Origin: Escherichia coli | GTDB lineage: Bacteria > Pseudomonadota > Gammaproteobacteria > Enterobacterales > Enterobacteriaceae | DNA length: 64,000 nucleotides | Direction: 5' to 3' (one strand) | NCBI RefSeq assembly: GCF_036507355.1 | Contig: NZ_AP027877.1 | Part shown: one piece after another, positions 56,769 to 64,000 of the stretch | Position numbering within the stretch: position 1 is the first letter of the stretch | Layout: each line of letters begins with the position of its first letter | Position numbers and translations under genes: made by a program | The notes under the pieces: generated by a model | The model's database searches: none | What the model saw: only the letters and a program-made list of their open reading frames with translations | Told to the model about the DNA's origin: nothing

Positions 56769-57412
56769 GCTTGCTGGCAGTAGTTCAGGAAAGGTGTGCG
56801 ATGACGTTCAAAAAGAATAATCAGCGAACCACGTTCAAACGCCCAGTGTTGTAAGCGCTGCAACAGCATTTCGCTGGCCTGCGGCGTCAGGCGGCTAAAG
56901 GCTTCATCAAGAATTAATAGCTTTGGCTGCATCGCGATGGCGCAGGCGATGACCACGCGCTGTGTCTCTCCACCGGAGAGTGTTGCCGGGTGACGATGGC
57001 GCAACGGCTGGCACTCGGTCAGAGTCAGGGCGGCATCAATCCGCGCCATAATCTCTGCTTCAGCAAGACACAGATTTTCTGGCCCAAAGGCAACTTCTTC
57101 TTCCACGCTAAAGGTACAGCCGGAGAGCTGCAAATAAGGCGATTGCTGGACGAGCTGGATGGTGGCGGATTGTTCATTAAGCGGGAGATGCCCAATGGGC
57201 GTACCGAGGAGCGTCCCCGTGCCTGTTATCTCTCCTGGCAGAAAGTCCGGATACCAGCCCGCCATCAGCTGTGCCAGCGTACTTTTGCCACTGCCGTTGT
57301 CACCAAAGATGGCGACCATCCCCGGTTTGACATAGTGAAAGTCATAACAGAACGGAGGATGCGTTGAGTGTGTCGGGCAATAACGGAACTGTTCTAACGT
57401 AACCATATCCAC
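56729..57412 (-). CDS. ABC ATPase (ECF-type energising component, first NBD)
   Basis: Walker A GDNGSGKST, signature LSGGETQR, Walker B LILDEA; overlaps the next NBD ORF in another frame. Confidence 0.65.
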   Translation of the reverse strand: MDMVTLEQFRYCPTHSTHPPFCYDFHYVKPGMVAIFGDNGSGKSTLAQLMAGWYPDFLPGEITGTGTLLGTPIGHLPLNEQSATIQLVQQSPYLQLSGCTFSVEEEVAFGPENLCLAEAEIMARIDAALTLTECQPLRHRHPATLSGGETQRVVIACAIAMQPKLLILDEAFSRLTPQASEMLLQRLQHWAFERGSLIILFERHRTPFLNYCQQAWQLQNGALQPLC

Positions 57413-58101
57413 GCTCCGAATTCTGTCAGCATCAGCAAGATCATGGTGTAACGCGCTACGCGTTGTAGGGTGCTATCGGCTGGTGCCCACAACGTTGTTC
57501 GTCGGTTGTGGATCCGAAATGCCCGCATATCCAGCGCCGCACCACGGACAGCAAGATCGTTTAGCGCATTGTGTGTTAGCGGAATAATTAACGCGGACAT
57601 CGCACGTAAACGCTGATACCAGCCCTCATCCAGCGGCACGCCGCGGGCACGCTGCGCTTCATGAATAATCGCTAATTGCCGTTTTAACTGCTCAACGACC
57701 AATAACGGCCCGGCAAACAGATAAGCGACGCCTGGCGGCAGGCGAGAAGCAAACAGAGTGCGGATAAAACATTGCACGGGGACGTACTGCATCCACAACT
57801 GTGAGGTTGAAACAATCGCCAGAATCCGCAACCAGAGCGTAATAGCATGCGTCCAACGCTCCGGCGAACGCGGCGTGCCGCTTAGCCATTCTGTTAGCCA
57901 GCCACCGTGTACCAGCCACAGCCCGGCTCCCAGCGAGAACATCAGCCAGGCGACATATTTTGCCCGCCGCCGCGTGGCCTTTAGCGCAATAAGGCAAAAA
58001 AAGGTCGCCGCGCTATAGATCGGCAAAATGGTCTGCGCGGGCAGGATAAGCGTGGTGCAGGCCGCCAATGCCCATAGTGTTAATGAGGTAAATGGATGCA
58101 T
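57394..58101 (-). CDS. ECF transporter transmembrane (T) component, CbiQ-like
   Basis: 235-aa polytopic membrane protein with conserved ARG motif. Confidence 0.55.
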   Translation of the reverse strand: MHPFTSLTLWALAACTTLILPAQTILPIYSAATFFCLIALKATRRRAKYVAWLMFSLGAGLWLVHGGWLTEWLSGTPRSPERWTHAITLWLRILAIVSTSQLWMQYVPVQCFIRTLFASRLPPGVAYLFAGPLLVVEQLKRQLAIIHEAQRARGVPLDEGWYQRLRAMSALIIPLTHNALNDLAVRGAALDMRAFRIHNRRTTLWAPADSTLQRVARYTMILLMLTEFGAWIWLR

Positions 58102-58680
58102 TTAGCGCACGGCAGCCATTGCCGGAAAATGGCGCGTGGTGCGAATCGGCAGCTGGCGCAGTAAAAGCCAGACAATCACCGCTGTAAGAGTTTTATCGAC
58201 CAGGTTCGCGCCTATCACCGTAATCGCCACCGACTCCACCAGGTTTTGCCCCATCGAGTGCATCCAGGCAACGAACAAATCGGCTCCGCTACCGGTGACA
58301 CCGCCGAACAGCGCAGTACGCAGCGGTACAGCGACGACCGTTACCGCAAGCGTAATAATCACGCCGCTGACAACGACTTTTGGTAGGGTGCGAAACCAAC
58401 CCGCTCGCGCCAGCCAACCGGCGACCAGGCCGATGACCATCGCGACGGGTGCAAATGCGGCGGCGATCGGGTCGGTCAGCAATCCCCAGAGTAAATTGGT
58501 CAGTAAGCCGGTCAGCATTCCGATCACCGGACCAAGCAGTACCGCGCTAATAAGTGTGCCGATGGAGTCGAGAAATATAGGTAATTTGACCATGCTGGCC
58601 AGTTGCCCGCCGATCATATTGATGGCGATAGATATAACGATCAACACCAGTGCCTGACTGGAAAAGTGGCTACGCGCCAT
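58102..58680 (-). CDS. ECF transporter substrate-specific (S) component-like membrane protein
   Basis: ~193-aa hydrophobic protein from MARSHFSSQALVLIV...; position in the module. Confidence 0.5.
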   Translation of the reverse strand: MARSHFSSQALVLIVISIAINMIGGQLASMVKLPIFLDSIGTLISAVLLGPVIGMLTGLLTNLLWGLLTDPIAAAFAPVAMVIGLVAGWLARAGWFRTLPKVVVSGVIITLAVTVVAVPLRTALFGGVTGSGADLFVAWMHSMGQNLVESVAITVIGANLVDKTLTAVIVWLLLRQLPIRTTRHFPAMAAVR

Positions 58681-58702
58681 AAGAAAACCTCTCTGAAAGT
58701 AG

Positions 58703-59134
58703 TTATTTAACGGGGGAAATATGCAACTCGTCGTAACCAGAAAGCGCGCAAGGTTGGCGGCTAAACGCCAGTTCCTCAAAGCTACCGATCACCAGTTCAA
58801 GCGTGGTCCGCACGGTACAGCCGGGCATCATATGACCGCCAAGCATCGTGCCGTGTGGATCGGAAACGCAGAGATGAAGATGCTCACCACTCTGTTCCAA
58901 CGTGCCGTTTAGTGAGATCACTTCGAATGTACCGTTCAGGAGCGTGGTGCCTTCTTGCCCGGCATAGCGCAAGGCGATGTCAGTCAGGCTACCGGTACAG
59001 CCTGCAATCCAGGCGGCATGAAGTTGCTGCTGCTGTGCAAAAGCGTGTAGCTGGGAAAAAACTTCCTGCCCGGGGAGGAGGCGCAGTGCGTAAAAGCGTG
59101 CGGAGGAAGAATATGGGTAGGGCAATGTCATCAT
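58703..59134 (-). CDS. PPC/DUF296-domain protein
   Basis: 143 aa; pattern YALRLLPGQEV ... HLHLCVSDPHG ... GGHM resembles DUF296. Confidence 0.45.
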   Translation of the reverse strand: MMTLPYPYSSSARFYALRLLPGQEVFSQLHAFAQQQQLHAAWIAGCTGSLTDIALRYAGQEGTTLLNGTFEVISLNGTLEQSGEHLHLCVSDPHGTMLGGHMMPGCTVRTTLELVIGSFEELAFSRQPCALSGYDELHISPVK

Positions 59135-59505
59135 TGGAGTACTCCGAAACTCGGACGTATTGCGGATAATATCGACGCTGCATCAGTCATATTCTGATAT
59201 AAGTCAGGGTTTGTGACGGCACAACGAAAAGATTTTGCTACGCTTATTCGTGATTCTGCAAAGTGGAATAAATTCCACAGGGGCGGGGCTGAAAACGTGA
59301 CGTAAGTCAGATAATTGTTTTCTTTGACTGGACAATCATTCCTTTTATTCCACGTTTCGCTTATCCTAGCTGAAGCGTTTCAGTCGATTAAATGTTCGAC
59401 AATTAACCAATCAGTCGCAGTTTGCGACAGGTAAGGTTTCCCCGGACGATTTGCTGGATTACTCTGTCTGGCAAATTTGCTCAGGGAAAACCTTGCAGGA
59501 GATCT

Positions 59506-60525
59506 ATGACCGTACGCGTAGCGATAAATGGCTTCGGTCGCATCGGGCGTAATGTGGTTCGTGCTTTGTATGAATCCGGACGCCGGGCGGAAATTACCGT
59601 GGTGGCAATCAACGAACTGGCGGATGCTGCGGGCATGGCGCATTTGTTGAAATATGACACCAGCCATGGCCGTTTTGCATGGGAAGTACGACAGGAACGC
59701 GATCAACTTTTTGTTGGTGATGACGCCATCCGCGTATTGCATGAACGTTCACTGCAATCGCTCCCCTGGCGTGAACTTGGCGTTGATGTAGTCCTCGACT
59801 GCACCGGCGTATATGGCTCCCGCGAGCATGGCGAAGCGCATATTGCCGCCGGGGCCAAAAAAGTGCTCTTTTCACATCCTGGCAGTAACGATCTCGACGC
59901 GACCGTTGTTTACGGCGTCAATCAGGATCAACTTCGTGCGGAACACCGCATCGTTTCTAACGCTTCCTGTACCACGAATTGCATAATTCCCGTCATCAAA
60001 TTGTTAGATGATGCGTACGGTATTGAGTCCGGCACTGTGACCACAATTCACTCCGCCATGCACGATCAACAGGTTATTGATGCATACCATCCTGACCTGC
60101 GTCGCACCCGGGCAGCCAGCCAGTCGATCATTCCGGTCGATACTAAACTGGCCGCCGGTATCACACGATTTTTTCCGCAATTTAACGATCGCTTTGAAGC
60201 GATTGCGGTACGTGTGCCAACCATAAATGTGACGGCAATCGATTTAAGCGTGACGGTGAAGAAACCTGTAAAAGCCAATGAAGTCAACCTGTTGCTGCAA
60301 AAAGCAGCACAAGGTGCATTTCATGGTATAGTTGACTATACGGAATTGCCGTTGGTCTCTGTAGATTTTAACCACGATCCGCACAGTGCCATTGTCGATG
60401 GCACCCAAACCCGGGTCAGTGGCGCACACCTGATCAAAACGTTGGTCTGGTGCGATAACGAATGGGGCTTTGCTAACCGAATGCTCGACACGACGTTAGC
60501 TATGGCTACTGTTGCTTTCAGGTAA
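59506..60525 (+). CDS. epd: Erythrose-4-phosphate dehydrogenase
   Basis: 339 aa from [17 protein letters not shown]...; sequence recognised. Confidence 0.95.
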
Positions 60526-60574
60526 GACGCAAGCAGCGTCTGCAAAACTTTTAGAATCAACGAGAGGATTCACC

Positions 60575-61738
60575 ATGTCTGTAATTAAGATGACCGATCT
60601 GGATCTTGCTGGGAAACGTGTATTTATCCGTGCGGATCTGAACGTACCAGTAAAAGACGGGAAAGTAACCAGCGACGCGCGTATCCGTGCTTCTCTGCCG
60701 ACCATCGAACTGGCCCTGAAACAAGGCGCAAAAGTGATGGTAACTTCCCACCTGGGTCGTCCTACCGAAGGCGAGTACAACGAAGAATTCTCTCTGCTGC
60801 CGGTTGTTAACTACCTGAAAGACAAACTGTCTAACCCGGTTCGTCTGGTTAAAGATTACCTCGACGGCGTTGACGTTGCTGAAGGTGAACTGGTTGTTCT
60901 GGAAAACGTTCGCTTCAACAAAGGCGAGAAGAAAGACGACGAAACCCTGTCCAAAAAATACGCTGCACTGTGTGACGTGTTCGTAATGGACGCATTCGGT
61001 ACTGCTCACCGCGCGCAGGCTTCTACTCACGGTATCGGTAAATTCGCTGACGTTGCGTGCGCAGGCCCGCTGCTGGCAGCTGAACTGGACGCGCTGGGTA
61101 AAGCACTGAAAGAACCTGCTCGCCCGATGGTGGCTATCGTTGGTGGTTCTAAAGTATCTACCAAACTGACCGTTCTGGACTCCCTGTCTAAAATCGCTGA
61201 CCAGCTGATTGTTGGTGGTGGTATCGCTAACACCTTTATCGCGGCACAAGGCCACGATGTGGGTAAATCCCTGTACGAAGCTGACCTGGTTGACGAAGCT
61301 AAACGTCTGCTGACCACCTGCAACATCCCGGTTCCGTCTGATGTTCGCGTAGCAACCGAGTTCTCTGAAACTGCACCGGCTACCCTGAAATCTGTTAACG
61401 ATGTGAAAGCTGACGAGCAGATCCTGGATATCGGTGATGCTTCCGCTCAGGAACTGGCTGAAATCCTGAAGAATGCGAAAACCATTCTGTGGAACGGTCC
61501 GGTTGGCGTGTTCGAATTCCCGAACTTCCGCAAAGGTACTGAAATCGTGGCTAACGCTATCGCAGACAGCGAAGCGTTCTCCATCGCTGGCGGCGGCGAC
61601 ACTCTGGCAGCAATCGACCTGTTCGGCATTGCTGACAAAATCTCCTACATCTCCACTGGCGGCGGCGCATTCCTCGAATTCGTGGAAGGTAAAGTACTGC
61701 CTGCAGTAGCGATGCTCGAAGAGCGCGCTAAGAAGTAA
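60575..61738 (+). CDS. pgk: Phosphoglycerate kinase
   Basis: 387 aa from [25 protein letters not shown]... Confidence 0.95.
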
Positions 61739-61746
61739 AAAATCAC

Positions 61747-61772
61747 AGGGCAGGGAAACCTGCCCTTGTTTC
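61747..61772 (+). terminator. Hairpin between pgk and fbaA (partial terminator/attenuator)
   Basis: AGGGCAGGGAAACCTGCCCT followed by a T-rich stretch. Confidence 0.4.
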
Positions 61773-61952
61773 AGCGCGCTTTTAGAGCACGCATTTTTTC
61801 ATACTCTAAATAATTCGAGTTGCAGGAAGGCGACAAGAGAGTGAATCTCCAGGAGCTTACATAAGTAAGTGACTGGGGTGAGCGAACGCAGACGCAGCAC
61901 ATGCAACTTGAAGTATGACGAGTATAAGGCCCGACGATACAGGACAAGAGAC

Positions 61953-63032
61953 ATGTCTAAGATTTTTGATTTCGTAAAACCTGGCGTAATCACTGGTGAT
62001 GACGTACAGAAAGTTTTCCAGGTAGCAAAAGAAAACAACTTCGCACTGCCAGCAGTAAACTGCGTCGGTACTGACTCCATCAACGCCGTACTGGAAACCG
62101 CTGCTAAAGTTAAAGCGCCGGTTATCGTTCAGTTCTCCAACGGTGGTGCTTCCTTTATCGCTGGTAAAGGCGTGAAATCTGACGTTCCGCAGGGTGCTGC
62201 TATCCTGGGCGCGATCTCTGGTGCGCATCACGTTCACCAGATGGCTGAACATTATGGTGTTCCGGTTATCCTGCACACTGACCACTGCGCGAAGAAACTG
62301 CTGCCGTGGATCGACGGTCTGCTGGACGCGGGTGAAAAACACTTCGCTGCTACCGGCAAGCCGCTGTTCTCTTCTCACATGATCGACCTGTCTGAAGAAT
62401 CTCTGCAAGAGAACATCGAAATCTGCTCTAAATACCTGGAGCGCATGTCCAAAATCGGCATGACTCTGGAAATCGAACTTGGTTGCACCGGTGGTGAAGA
62501 AGACGGCGTGGACAACAGCCACATGGACGCTTCTGCACTGTACACCCAGCCGGAAGACGTTGATTACGCATACACCGAGCTGAGCAAAATCAGCCCGCGT
62601 TTCACCATCGCAGCTTCCTTCGGTAACGTACACGGTGTTTACAAGCCGGGTAACGTGGTTCTGACTCCGACCATCCTGCGTGATTCTCAGGAATATGTTT
62701 CTAAGAAACACAACCTGCCGCACAACAGCCTGAACTTCGTATTCCACGGTGGTTCCGGTTCTACTGCTCAGGAAATCAAAGACTCCGTAAGCTACGGCGT
62801 AGTGAAAATGAACATCGATACCGATACCCAATGGGCAACTTGGGAAGGCGTTCTGAACTACTACAAAGCGAACGAAGCTTATCTGCAGGGTCAGCTGGGT
62901 AACCCGAAAGGCGAAGATCAGCCGAACAAGAAATACTACGATCCGCGCGTATGGCTGCGTGCCGGTCAGACTTCGATGATCGCTCGTCTGGAAAAAGCAT
63001 TCCAGGAACTGAACGCGATCGACGTTCTGTAA
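61953..63032 (+). CDS. fbaA: Fructose-bisphosphate aldolase class II
   Basis: 359 aa from MSKIFDFVKPGVITGDDVQKVF... Confidence 0.95.
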   Translation: MSKIFDFVKPGVITGDDVQKVFQVAKENNFALPAVNCVGTDSINAVLETAAKVKAPVIVQFSNGGASFIAGKGVKSDVPQGAAILGAISGAHHVHQMAEHYGVPVILHTDHCAKKLLPWIDGLLDAGEKHFAATGKPLFSSHMIDLSEESLQENIEICSKYLERMSKIGMTLEIELGCTGGEEDGVDNSHMDASALYTQPEDVDYAYTELSKISPRFTIAASFGNVHGVYKPGNVVLTPTILRDSQEYVSKKHNLPHNSLNFVFHGGSGSTAQEIKDSVSYGVVKMNIDTDTQWATWEGVLNYYKANEAYLQGQLGNPKGEDQPNKKYYDPRVWLRAGQTSMIARLEKAFQELNAIDVL

Positions 63033-63056
63033 GTCATTCCTTTCTGCTTATCTCAA

Positions 63057-63080
63057 GGCCCGCTCTGCGGGTCTTTTTTT
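63057..63080 (+). terminator. Intrinsic terminator after fbaA
   Basis: GGCCCGCTCTGCGGGTC hairpin plus T7 run. Confidence 0.6.
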
Positions 63081-63222
63081 CGCCAAAAGCAAGGTGATAC
63101 AGATGAGAAATCTGTGATCTATTTGGCAAAATTATGCTTTATTGTTTACCCTTGTCAGACTGCCCGTCATAAGGCGGCGGAGTGTATTTCTCCATTTTGA
63201 GTCAGTTGAAAAGGAATATTGA

Positions 63223-64000
<778 letters not shown>

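Overview
This window reads as Escherichia coli chromosome, matching the K-12 pheV-yqgA-speC ... metK-speA-speB-tktA ... epd-pgk-fbaA-mscS neighbourhood in reverse orientation. Gene identities come from recognising the translated proteins and motifs by eye; no searches or computations were run. The first ~14.9 kb is accessory DNA attached to the 3' end of tRNA-Phe (pheV, minus strand, 14900-14975). It holds a P4-type integrase, a DUF927/P-loop replication-type protein, fused IS2 and integrase remnants, a leftward operon of four small genes (one a permuted NlpC/P60 LRAT-like Cys-His protein), and the main candidate for an undescribed system: a tightly overlapping, AT-rich four-gene operon at 8067-14063. 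That operon encodes an MBL-fold hydrolase, a trypsin-like serine protease fusion, a small protein and a 1043-aa SbcC/Rad50-like ABC ATPase with a central CxxC zinc hook. The rest is conserved core backbone interrupted by an IS4 copy with a 13-bp target duplication, an IS621-type IS110-family element inside a REP with its upstream bridge-RNA region, and three small strain-specific insertions (a lipoprotein gene, an SPFH gene, an ECF-transporter module). yqgA appears frameshifted. No CRISPR array or rRNA gene was seen.
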